From assembly GCA_047285535.1 (NCBI GenBank), contig JBJBDC010000001.1, forward strand, positions 192,136 through 256,135: 64,000 nucleotides of DNA, written 5' to 3'. The position numbers were made by a program, and so were the translations under genes. This DNA is from Synechococcus sp. GTDB lineage: Bacteria; Cyanobacteriota; Cyanobacteriia; PCC-6307; Cyanobiaceae. The notes beneath the pieces were generated by a model, which searched no databases, was not told where the DNA came from, and saw only the letters and a list, made by a program, of their open reading frames with translations. How positions within the stretch are numbered: position 1 is the first letter of the stretch; every line of letters begins with the position of its first letter. Below, piece by piece: positions 54,129 through 64,000 of the stretch.

Positions 54129-55439
54129 TCAACTCAGAAGCTTGGCAGCCAGAGGGGCAGCTGCGGCTAAAAGCGGGTTTGAGGAATCATGACCACCCTC
54201 AAGCAGGCGAGCCATGTCGGCCTCAACATGACTGTGTAAAAGGGGTACCACTTCTTCGACCAGTTCCATGCTGGCCATGCCACCTGCTTCGAGGCGCATG
54301 CACCCGCCTGATTCAGCGCAGAGAATCACACACATCGCCCCTCCCTGTTGAGGTTTGCAAATCATTCGTAGCCCTACGATTTGTCCTGGGTGGATGCTCG
54401 GTTGTCCCACTGGCACCGGAGATACCCGTAAGGGCACAGTCGTCCCATCAGGACGTTCAAAAACAGCGCTGATGCTGGTCTCGCTTTGATGGGACTCGCC
54501 GTTATTGACATCGTGCTGATGAGTCTCCTGAAGCCTCCACCCCAGGCGATCGGCAATCCAAGAGGCCAACAAAAGGCCCTGTACAGGATGATCTCCCTCG
54601 ACATCGATATCGAGTTGCACCACATGGCCCAAGGCATCACGCCGATGAGGTGGATCAAAAACCATCGCCAACGTTTGATGCCAGCTACCCAATCGCAACC
54701 AGTTGAGGTCATTCACCGCTTGACCTGCTCCGAGCCTCTTGGCCAGCAGGTTTAAGCAGTAGATAGGATCTCCAAGAGCGGAATCGAGAATCAGCCTGCG
54801 AGGGGCGACAGCAAGCTCTTCCAGTAGCTCAGGGAACTCATCGAGTGGCCCGTTCCACCAGACCCAGGATGGGAGTTCCTCCGGGAGCAGAGGCTGCAGG
54901 GTTTTCAGTCCTTCTTGCAGGGCTGCTGTGCCGCCGCGAAGCACTACTACATCTCCGCAGGCCACCGTGCCACCGCCTTCTTCTGGTAGCGGACAATAAG
55001 CGGCTACCAGGGTTTCTAATGAGCGGGTTGAATCCAGGCTTGGTGCCAGGGTGATCAAGCGTCGAGGCCTGAGCGCGCTTAAAGCAGCGTCTACGTGTTG
55101 ACCCCGCAAGTCATCACTTGTGTCATTCCCCTCGATTTTGGACAGGCTGTCTGACACGGACCTGCCAAGGGGAGGGGTGCTTAGGGGTAGATCAAGGTCT
55201 AGGACGGCTTGCCTTCCAGCCTCTTCAACCTCATCTCGCTGAACGCCCATGATCGGACCTTGGACTTTTCCCGTGCGGATGAGCTGCTGTTCCACCCAAG
55301 CTGGCTGCCAGATCAACAGACAAAACGTGTGAGCACCGATGCTGTCGCCTTGATCGCGGGACCACAACTGATCAAGATAATGAGGAACTTCCGATGGGGG
55401 TAGCTCGAGGGGCGTTTGAAGCGTTAGCTGAGGAGACAT
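54129..55439 (-). CDS. opcA: G6PDH assembly/activator protein OpcA
   Basis: AYCP, CGDVV, WVWW and DLNWLRL..W; directly downstream of zwf. Confidence 0.93.
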   Translation of the reverse strand: MSPQLTLQTPLELPPSEVPHYLDQLWSRDQGDSIGAHTFCLLIWQPAWVEQQLIRTGKVQGPIMGVQRDEVEEAGRQAVLDLDLPLSTPPLGRSVSDSLSKIEGNDTSDDLRGQHVDAALSALRPRRLITLAPSLDSTRSLETLVAAYCPLPEEGGGTVACGDVVVLRGGTAALQEGLKTLQPLLPEELPSWVWWNGPLDEFPELLEELAVAPRRLILDSALGDPIYCLNLLAKRLGAGQAVNDLNWLRLGSWHQTLAMVFDPPHRRDALGHVVQLDIDVEGDHPVQGLLLASWIADRLGWRLQETHQHDVNNGESHQSETSISAVFERPDGTTVPLRVSPVPVGQPSIHPGQIVGLRMICKPQQGGAMCVILCAESGGCMRLEAGGMASMELVEEVVPLLHSHVEADMARLLEGGHDSSNPLLAAAAPLAAKLLS

Positions 55440-55487
55440 GCTGCGGCCAGAGGGAGGGCTTGTTAGAAGTGGTTGGGATTTTTCTGT

Positions 55488-57011
55488 TTAGGGACGACGC
55501 CAGAGCAGGCCGTCTTGGGCTAGGAGGGCATCCGCAGCCGCAGGGCCCCAGGTACGAGACTCATAGGGGTGAATGGGGAGCTGCCATGGACTGTCTTCGA
55601 TCATTTCCAGCAGAGGGGTGTAAAGCCTCCAGGCTGCCTCGACTTCATCGCTACGGGTAAACAGCGTTGGATCTCCCAGCATCGCGTCGGCTAGAAGCCG
55701 CACATAACCTTCGTCTGATGGTTCCCCGAAGGATTCGTCGTAGGAGAACTCCATCTCGACTGGTCGGCTGCGCATTCCTGAGCCTGGGGACTTCACTTCA
55801 AATTTGAATTCGGCGCCTTCGTCAGGTTGGATTCGCAGAATCAGTTGGTTGGCAGTTGGGCTGCCACCGGCAGCATCAAAAAGATGAACCGGTGCTTCAC
55901 GGAAGGTCAACACCACTTCGCTCAGACGCTTGGCTAGACGCTTACCTGTACGCACATAAAAAGGAACCCCCTGCCACCGCCAATTGTCGATAAAGAGCTT
56001 CATTGCCACATATGTTTCCGTGGTGCTGTTGGGATCCACTCCTGGTTCCTGTCTGTAACCGCTTAGTGGTGCACCATCACTGCCTCCAGGTCCGTACTGA
56101 CCGCGGATGCAGCAATTCCAAGGTTCGAGTTCATCTGCAAGGCGCGCTGCTTGCAGAACTTTTGCTTTTTCACTACGAATGGCTTCCGGGTCAAAGCGTC
56201 CAGGCGTTTCCATCGCTGTGATCGCCAACATTTGGGTTAGGTGGTTTTGCACCATGTCGCGAAGCGCACCTGAAGTTTCGTAATAACCAGCTCGTTCCTC
56301 GACCCCGACGGTTTCGGATGCAGTGATCTGAACGCTGGAGATGTAGTTCCGATTCCAGATTGGTTCGAAAATCGTGTTGGCGAATCGCAGAACCATAATG
56401 TTCTGAACCGTTTCTTTCCCTAAGTAATGGTCGATGCGAAAGATCTGGTTTTCTTGGCCACAGGATTGGACTACTCGGTTTAAGGACTGAGCGCTGCCGT
56501 AGTCACGACCAAATGGCTTTTCAATGACGACGCGACTGCGTTGGGGATCTTTCAGCAGGCCTGCATCGGCTAGTGCTCGACATCCGCTTGCGTAAAACTT
56601 GGGTGATACGGAAAGATAAAAAGTGCGGTTGCTGCGAGTAGCCCTCTGACGATCGATCTCTTGAAGGCGTATGCCTAGCTTCACTACATCGTCGGGTTTC
56701 TGAAGGTCCACCGGTTCGTAAAACATTCCGGAGGCGAATTGTTCCCACTCTTCGGGATGGTCTCGGACTTTGTCGCCCATGGCGTCAGCCATTTTGTTGC
56801 GAAAGTCTTCGTCACTCCAAGGTCTTCGGGCGCAGCCCAGGAGAGCAAATTCGCTGGGAAGTCGTCGTTGCTGAAATAACTCAAATAATGCTGGAACCAG
56901 CTTGCGATGCGTCAAGTCGCCACTGGCTCCAAAAATCACCAGGCACTGTGGGGCAATGACCCGTTCCTGTCGCAGCCCAACCCTTAGTGGGTTCGTCATC
57001 GTTGCGGTCAT
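55488..57011 (-). CDS. zwf: Glucose-6-phosphate 1-dehydrogenase
   Basis: GASGDL, EKPFG, RIDHYLGKE, DMVQNH and RWQGVPFY. Confidence 0.98.
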   Translation of the reverse strand: MTATMTNPLRVGLRQERVIAPQCLVIFGASGDLTHRKLVPALFELFQQRRLPSEFALLGCARRPWSDEDFRNKMADAMGDKVRDHPEEWEQFASGMFYEPVDLQKPDDVVKLGIRLQEIDRQRATRSNRTFYLSVSPKFYASGCRALADAGLLKDPQRSRVVIEKPFGRDYGSAQSLNRVVQSCGQENQIFRIDHYLGKETVQNIMVLRFANTIFEPIWNRNYISSVQITASETVGVEERAGYYETSGALRDMVQNHLTQMLAITAMETPGRFDPEAIRSEKAKVLQAARLADELEPWNCCIRGQYGPGGSDGAPLSGYRQEPGVDPNSTTETYVAMKLFIDNWRWQGVPFYVRTGKRLAKRLSEVVLTFREAPVHLFDAAGGSPTANQLILRIQPDEGAEFKFEVKSPGSGMRSRPVEMEFSYDESFGEPSDEGYVRLLADAMLGDPTLFTRSDEVEAAWRLYTPLLEMIEDSPWQLPIHPYESRTWGPAAADALLAQDGLLWRRP

Positions 57012-57125
57012 TGCTACGGCGTCTCTTAGGCAGGTTTAACCAGGATTTCTGAATCGGACATCGCAATTGACCCACCCGGCCATGTTTTGTGGTTGTCTCC
57101 TGAAAAAAAGAGCGATTGCTCATAG

Positions 57126-57148
57126 AAAAGCCCGCCAATGGCGGGCTT
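57126..57148 (-). terminator. Rho-independent terminator of petH
   Basis: Minus strand AAGCCCGCCA-T-TGGCGGGCTTTT, about 20 nt after the stop. Confidence 0.8.
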
Positions 57149-57169
57149 GATCAAGAGAGATGTGCGGAT

Positions 57170-58417
<1,248 letters not shown>

Positions 58418-58463
58418 TTAGAGTTAATGTCGTCAATCTCAAAGGACTAGAAGCGAAACCGGT

Positions 58464-59030
58464 TTGGCATCTTTCAGTGGTCTTACACAGCTGAAGCGTG
58501 GTGAAACGTCCGCAGGAGAGGCGATGTCATTGCATCACCAACCCATCGAACAAACGGTTGAGCGCATGGCTGATGGGGTTCGTCGCCTTGCAGCGCAGCT
58601 TCTGACACCAGTTTCAACGGAACACATCTGGAACGTTCTCACTGATTACGACCATCTCAGCGATTTCATTCCCAACCTTGCTAACAGCCGGCTGTTGTCT
58701 CGAGATGGCAACAAGGTCCATTTGCAGCAAGAAGGAAGTCAACAATTCCTTGGATTGAAATTTTCAGCTTCCGTGGATTTGGAGCTAGAAGAATTTGGTC
58801 CTGAAGGGCTCCTGAAGTTCAAGATGAAAAAAGGAGATTTCCGCCGATTTGAGGGGACTTGGTGCCTTCGCTCGATGCCCAACAACACAGCACTCCTCTA
58901 TGAACTCACTGTTCAGGGTTGTTTGGGAATGCCGATCCGTTTGATCGAACAGCGTTTGCGCGATGATCTCACCAGCAACTTAAAAGCTGTTGAGGCCGAA
59001 GCACGCCGTCGCTTACAACAAACTAATTGA
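58464..59030 (+). CDS. SRPBCC (polyketide cyclase/dehydrase-like) protein; start may be around 58524
   Basis: W-VLTDY..L..FIPNL..S and GDFRRFEGTW. Confidence 0.88.
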   Translation: MASFSGLTQLKRGETSAGEAMSLHHQPIEQTVERMADGVRRLAAQLLTPVSTEHIWNVLTDYDHLSDFIPNLANSRLLSRDGNKVHLQQEGSQQFLGLKFSASVDLELEEFGPEGLLKFKMKKGDFRRFEGTWCLRSMPNNTALLYELTVQGCLGMPIRLIEQRLRDDLTSNLKAVEAEARRRLQQTN

Positions 59031-59125
59031 AAGATGGTTTAGATATTATTGCTTTTCCTGATTAATATCTTGAACTGGCTTGAATATAAGTTTTGAACGT
59101 AAGTTATCGACTCAAGATTATTACA

Positions 59126-59198
59126 TACCCCCAAGGGGATTCGAACCCCTGTCGCCTCCGTGAAAGGGAGGTGTCCTAGGCCTCTAGACGATGGGGGC
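59126..59198 (-). tRNA. tRNA-Glu (anticodon TTC)
   Basis: GCCCCCATCGTCTAGAGGCCTAGGACACCTCCCTTTCACGGAGGCGACAGGGGTTCGAATCCCCTTGGGGGTA; 73 nt, CCA not encoded. Confidence 0.97.
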
Positions 59199-59240
59199 GA
59201 GGCCGTGATCTTGATCTGTAATCTTGATCACCATTTGAAG

Positions 59241-60392
59241 TTAGGGGTCAGCCTGACCGTCCGTCAAGACAACGTTCTCCTTCGCCTGTCCTTGCCCCTG
59301 CCAGACGGGAACGTTGAAGGCGAAGCAAGCTCCTTTACCTGGTTCAGATACCACCCAGATCCTTCCGCCATGCACTTCAACAATTCGCCTGCAAACCGAT
59401 AGTCCAACGCCAAAGCCTGAGGCCCCAGCTGATGTTTGAGGAAGCCTGACCCTGTCAAGAAAAATGCGCTGCTGCTCTTCTTCTGGAATGCCTGGACCGC
59501 TGTCGCTGATGCTCACCTGCACCCACTGACTGGTGCGGTGCAGCATGGACAGTGAGATCAATCCTCCGTTTGGTGTGTATTTCAAAGCATTCTCAAGCAG
59601 ATTCAGGAGGACTTGGCGCATCCTCCGTTGGTCTGCAAAGACCTTGGGAAGATCGGCTGGGATATCGGTGTGAATGGTGACATCTCTGCCGAGCCAGAGT
59701 TTCTCAAGTTCCAGAATTGCCTCAGCGGTCACACTGGCTAAGTCGAGTCGCTGAGGGTTGAACAATGCTTCCCAACGCGTGCTCCCGACCTCCAGCAGAT
59801 CCTTCGATAGAAGGGCGATTTCGTCGAGGCGTCTCTTGAGGACATCACGAAAACGATGAATATCGATCTGCCCCAGCTGCTGACTTTGTACGGCCAGAGT
59901 GGCTGCTGTAAGTGGGGTGCGAAGTTCGTGCGCGACCATTCGCAGCAGGCGCTCCTGCGCCTCTAGACGATCAATCAAGGTTTCGTTTTCCTGACGAAGC
60001 ACAAGCAATTGATCCTCAAGCTGAAGCTCGCGTTGGGTTCGGCTGCCATCCAGTTCCGTTGGTTTGAGACTTAAACCAAGTCCACTGACCACTTCATCTT
60101 GTTGCCATCGAGGCAACCACCCGCGGAATTGCTGATAGATGCTGCTGCCCGCAAACACTTGCTTGGGTTGCGGTTGAAGCTTCACTAAGGAAGGGGTTAC
60201 CACCAAGCGATGCAGTTCCAACAACTCAGGTTGTTCTGTGGGATCAGAGATCTGAAGGCTGACGTCAAACCCGCAATCTTCGTTATGCAGAAATTCAACC
60301 AACTCGCGTATGTCGCGGCTGGACAGATGGTGGCGACCAGCAACAAGTAACAAACTCAGTTGTTGGCGCGGATTGCGATCAATCCCATCCAC
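59241..60392 (-). CDS. sasA: Clock-output histidine kinase SasA
   Basis: KaiB-like N-terminal domain ([17 protein letters not shown]) plus [22 protein letters not shown] and GVGL boxes. Confidence 0.93.
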   Translation of the reverse strand: MDGIDRNPRQQLSLLLVAGRHHLSSRDIRELVEFLHNEDCGFDVSLQISDPTEQPELLELHRLVVTPSLVKLQPQPKQVFAGSSIYQQFRGWLPRWQQDEVVSGLGLSLKPTELDGSRTQRELQLEDQLLVLRQENETLIDRLEAQERLLRMVAHELRTPLTAATLAVQSQQLGQIDIHRFRDVLKRRLDEIALLSKDLLEVGSTRWEALFNPQRLDLASVTAEAILELEKLWLGRDVTIHTDIPADLPKVFADQRRMRQVLLNLLENALKYTPNGGLISLSMLHRTSQWVQVSISDSGPGIPEEEQQRIFLDRVRLPQTSAGASGFGVGLSVCRRIVEVHGGRIWVVSEPGKGACFAFNVPVWQGQGQAKENVVLTDGQADP

Positions 60393-60495
60393 CGAGGGAG
60401 CTACGCAATGTTGAGACATACCTTATGGGTTTTTGACGTGATGCGCAGATCCGCTAAGAAGAAGGAGAACACTCTGTTGTTACTGAGGTCACGGC

Positions 60496-61068
60496 ATGCC
60501 CCTTCTGCCTCTTGAACAACGAGGATCAAAGCCACCCAACGGAGAGCCTTCAGTCTCTGAGCGCGTTCATCTCGACAGCAATCTGAGACGGTGGTTTGCG
60601 CGCAACCTCGGGCTTTGGAGGTCAAGACGACAATATTTATTTGATAACGAAGAAGTTTTTTTTCTGGACATGATGATCCGGGTCGAGATCTTCTCGGAAT
60701 TTAAGTTTGGAGAGCCTCGCTATCGATTTAGTTGGTGGCCTGATCGAGATACCGACTTTTTTGATCGGAAACCTAGCTATGAGCGAGCCGGTGTTATGGA
60801 GGCCACATTGTTGGGCCATCAATTACAACGTAACCGTGCCTATCTGGAGCCCACGCCCCATCGCACCCGCATACGCCAGGTGGATGAGCACGAAATGGTC
60901 TTTGAATCTCATTATGACGACTGGGACGTGCAGGAATACACCCGTCTGATTGATGAGGATCGCTATCGATCAAGAGCGATTTACAGCTGGCAAAATAATG
61001 TTCTTGAGATTGTCGAACATCACCACGAAACAAGGATTGAGGATGCTTCCGCACCGATTCCGCTCTGA
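60496..61068 (+). CDS. Divergent CpcS/CpeS-like (phycobilin lyase fold) protein
   Basis: GLWRSRR, L-RNRAY, ...Y...E..R...D..R.R pattern, reminiscent of S-type lyase barrels. Confidence 0.55.
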   Translation: MPLLPLEQRGSKPPNGEPSVSERVHLDSNLRRWFARNLGLWRSRRQYLFDNEEVFFLDMMIRVEIFSEFKFGEPRYRFSWWPDRDTDFFDRKPSYERAGVMEATLLGHQLQRNRAYLEPTPHRTRIRQVDEHEMVFESHYDDWDVQEYTRLIDEDRYRSRAIYSWQNNVLEIVEHHHETRIEDASAPIPL

Positions 61069-61125
61069 TCAAAACTCGATTCGGATCCCTTTTAGTCAAA
61101 TTTAGACATCATTACCACTAGCCCG

Positions 61126-61599
61126 ATGCGGTCTGGATGCGGCACCATGGCGTGCGTATCCCGGTTTGATCCCTTGTCTGCTGTTAACCGACTCCGATCT
61201 GCACTTACTACACCATTGCTTCTTCTTCCCCTGTTCCTGGCAGGTCCTGCTGCAATGGCTCAGTCGTCCGGCAAGGCTCCGAAGTCACCAGCCAGCAACG
61301 AGGACATCTTTCTGTATCGCGGTATGGGGTCGTCCTATGTCTGTAATGCTCGTGCGGCAAAAGTTGAGTTCCCCAAAGCTGTTGGTATCGCTGCAGCGAC
61401 TTACGTGCAACTCCTGAATGGTCGGCATGGAGGTTTGGTTGCATCCACAGGCAATAAGAAGTTGACCAATGAACAGCTTTTCGCTGGTGCCGAATTCCAA
61501 ATCATCACTGGTGCCATGCAGTTTTGCCCCGACCAGGTTCCTGCGGATGTGAAAACCAAGGTGGAAGAGGCGTTGAAGAAGCAGAAGGCTGCCAAGTGA
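61126..61599 (+). CDS. Conserved exported hypothetical protein (start probably later)
   Basis: Signal-like LLLLPLFLAGPAAMA, two Cys residues (YVCNA, QFCP). Confidence 0.75.
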   Translation: MRSGCGTMACVSRFDPLSAVNRLRSALTTPLLLLPLFLAGPAAMAQSSGKAPKSPASNEDIFLYRGMGSSYVCNARAAKVEFPKAVGIAAATYVQLLNGRHGGLVASTGNKKLTNEQLFAGAEFQIITGAMQFCPDQVPADVKTKVEEALKKQKAAK

Positions 61600-61698
61600 A
61601 TGGGTGAACAAGGATGAGATGGGAGAAGTCGGCTTCTGGCTTGGTTTCTCTCCGAAGTTGAAGCCTGCACGCCAAGATCGTTACAGAGACTCCTGCGC

Positions 61699-64000
61699 AT
61701 GGCTTCCGCCTCCACCCTTGCTCCGACGATTCGGCTGAAGGACTACAAACCTTTCCCCTTTCGTATCCCATCCGTTGATTTGGATGTGGTGATCGGTTCA
61801 GGTTCAGTCCAAGTCACCTGCCGTATGGAGCTCATCCCTGTTTTGGGATCTGAGCTCCAACCGCTTGAGCTTCAGGGGATCGATCTTGTATTGGAATCGA
61901 TTTCCATCGATAACAATGTTCTAGAGCTTTCGCAGTACAGCATCAGCTCTCAACGTCTTGTCATTCACCAGCCACCGCAGAGGCCCTATCAGCTCACGAC
62001 CGTGTGCAGGATTGATCCTCAGGCCAATACTTCTCTTGAAGGCCTCTATTCAAGTGGTGGCATGTTGACTACCCAGTGTGAAGCGGAAGGATTCAGGCGT
62101 ATTACATACCATCCCGACAGGCCCGATGTGCTTAGTCGGTTCAGGGTTCGGATCGAGGCCGATCGACAGTGTTATCCAGTTCTTCTATCCAATGGAAATG
62201 CTTTGAAGGCAGGCCCACTCGCAGGAGATTCTCATCGGCATGAGGTGATTTGGGATGACCCTTCATACAAACCTTCTTATCTGTTTGCCCTTGTGGCTGG
62301 TGATCTCAAAGAGGTTCGAGATCACTTTGTGACCCGTTCTGGTCGCAACATTAGTCTGCGGCTTCATGTTGAACCAGGCGATGAGCCTTTGACGTCGCAT
62401 GCCATGGAGTCGTTGAAGCGATCGATGGCCTGGGACGAGCGGGTTTACGGCTTGGAGTACGACCTCGATGAATTCAACACCGTTGCAGTCCGACACTTCA
62501 ACATGGGCGCGATGGAGAACAAAAGTTTGAATATCTTTAATTCCAAGTTGGTTCTCGCCGATGCAGAAACTGCATCAGATGCAGAGCTTGAGCGCATTGA
62601 AAGTGTGGTGGCGCACGAGTATTTCCATAATTGGTCAGGCAATCGAATCACTTGTCGTGATTGGTTTCAGCTGTCCTTGAAGGAAGGTCTCACCGTTTTT
62701 AGAGATCAATGCTTTACGGCCGATCTCCACTCTGAAGCGCTCAAACGAATCGAGGATGCAGCGATGCTCCGCAATACCCAGTTTCGAGAAGATGCGGGGC
62801 CAACCGCTCATCCAGTGAAGCCAGATGCCTATCAGGCAATCGACAATTTTTATACAACCACGATTTATGAGAAGGGTGCTGAGTTGATTCGCATGCTCAG
62901 AACACTTCTGGGCGAAGAAAGATTCATGCGTGGAATGGCGCTGTATTTCAAAAGGCATGATGGTGAAGCCGCCACGACGGATGATTTTGTATCGGCGATA
63001 GCTGAGGGTGCGTGCACGGGAGGTGAAAGTCTTGGTTTTGATTTAGAGCAGTTCAAGCGTTGGTACGACCAAGCCGGTACCCCCAGGGTCACGGTCAAGC
63101 GAGACTGGGATGGTACAAACGGGGTGCTCCGCTTGACCTTGCGTCAGAGCACCCCGCCAACTCCAGGGCAGCCGCAGAAGCTGCCAGTGGTGATCCCTCT
63201 GCTCTGGGCTGAGGTTTCAGCCATCGGAGAGCCTGGTGAGGAACGGTTGTTTGTTCTGGATCAGGAGCAACAAACGATTGAACTCAGTGGTCTGCCATGC
63301 TCTGAAGAACCTCCTGCATTGTCTCTTTTTCGACAATTTTCCTCACCAGTTCAGTGGGAAGCGAGCCAAGAGCCCAAAGAACTCTTCACCCTTTTGGCTT
63401 GTGACAACGATCCTTTCGCTCGTTGGGATGCAGGTCAACAACTATGGCGACGTTTGTTGCTGTCGCGGGCCTCAGGACATCCTGATGTCGAGTTGGAACG
63501 TCAGATGCTCGAGGCTCTAAACCTGTTGCTGGCGCCAGCTGGAGAACAGGACCCTGCTGTGCTGGCCACGCTGATGGCTTTCCCTGGGGGCTCTGAATTA
63601 GAGGCTCTTCAGAAGGAAGCTGATCCCCCGGCGTTGTACAGCGCCGCCTGTGAGCTGCGTCAGCATTTCGGCCACTCCCTGGCTCCATTGCTCCGTGAGC
63701 GTCTGCAAATGATTGCTGCTGAACTGGAGCTGGCTTGGCCAGAGGGTCAGGGTCAGCGACAACTCACTGGACTGATTTGGTCCTGGCTGGCTGCAGCGGG
63801 TGATTCAGAGGTGCGTGCTGCTGCGTTGACGGCCGTCACGGGGCCCTCGATGACATTGGCTCGAGCGGCTCTTCGGGCGCTACAGCCTTTGGACTGCCCA
63901 GAACGTGACGAGGCGTTGAGTCAATTCCATGATCGTTGGCAAGAGAAGCCTGTGATCTTCGACAGTTGGTTTGCCTTGGAAGCATCAACGCCTCGTGCTG
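61699..64000 (+). CDS. pepN: Aminopeptidase N (M1), runs off the window end
   Basis: Read from the DNA: IRLKDYKP, LEGLY, TQCEAEGFRRIT, KPSYLFALVAG, GAMENK and HEYFHNWSGNR..CRDWFQLSLKEG. Confidence 0.96.
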   Translation, partial: MASASTLAPTIRLKDYKPFPFRIPSVDLDVVIGSGSVQVTCRMELIPVLGSELQPLELQGIDLVLESISIDNNVLELSQYSISSQRLVIHQPPQRPYQLTTVCRIDPQANTSLEGLYSSGGMLTTQCEAEGFRRITYHPDRPDVLSRFRVRIEADRQCYPVLLSNGNALKAGPLAGDSHRHEVIWDDPSYKPSYLFALVAGDLKEVRDHFVTRSGRNISLRLHVEPGDEPLTSHAMESLKRSMAWDERVYGLEYDLDEFNTVAVRHFNMGAMENKSLNIFNSKLVLADAETASDAELERIESVVAHEYFHNWSGNRITCRDWFQLSLKEGLTVFRDQCFTADLHSEALKRIEDAAMLRNTQFREDAGPTAHPVKPDAYQAIDNFYTTTIYEKGAELIRMLRTLLGEERFMRGMALYFKRHDGEAATTDDFVSAIAEGACTGGESLGFDLEQFKRWYDQAGTPRVTVKRDWDGTNGVLRLTLRQSTPPTPGQPQKLPVVIPLLWAEVSAIGEPGEERLFVLDQEQQTIELSGLPCSEEPPALSLFRQFSSPVQWEASQEPKELFTLLACDNDPFARWDAGQQLWRRLLLSRASGHPDVELERQMLEALNLLLAPAGEQDPAVLATLMAFPGGSELEALQKEADPPALYSAACELRQHFGHSLAPLLRERLQMIAAELELAWPEGQGQRQLTGLIWSWLAAAGDSEVRAAALTAVTGPSMTLARAALRALQPLDCPERDEALSQFHDRWQEKPVIFDSWFALEASTPRA

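Noticed and set aside
59031..59125. AT-rich stretch with a short inverted repeat (AGATATTA/TAATATCT) next to the tRNA-Glu 3' end, as a possible integration scar
   Set aside because: It is under 100 nt, there is no duplicated tRNA 3' end, and core genes lie on both sides.

Overview
This is a 64 kb chromosomal window from a marine picocyanobacterium. Gene content and order (chlI, petG, petH, opcA/zwf, sasA, Yfr1 between guaB and trxA) fit marine Synechococcus. Most of it is core genome: dppAB-like ABC genes, thrA, sufE, ruvC, chlI, cytM, petG, rsmD, hisH, trxA, guaB, gyrA, crtL, GH57, leuA, petF, folD, crtE, cobB, opcA, zwf, petH, tRNA-Glu, sasA and pepN. A visibly AT-richer, gene-poor island of about 14.8 kb (~8.2-23.0 kb) separates the 5-formyl-THF cyclo-ligase/methyltransferase genes from ruvC, and shows no integrase or tRNA. 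Its intact genes are biased towards exported and metal/redox functions: a Tat-exported beta-carbonic anhydrase, a non-native-type Ni-superoxide dismutase with a Sec-like signal peptide (HCQLPCGIYD hook, no sodX), a cyAbrB regulator, small secreted Cys-containing proteins, and an unannotated 39-aa membrane peptide ending in CxxxC behind a Fur-family-like palindrome. It also holds decayed selO and DUF305 (CopM-like) genes, and an orphan NikL/CbiL-like gene lies just outside its left edge. The best novelty candidate is a periplasmic NiSOD/metal-handling module; this is inference and untested. All family calls come from motif recognition by eye, with no database searches.
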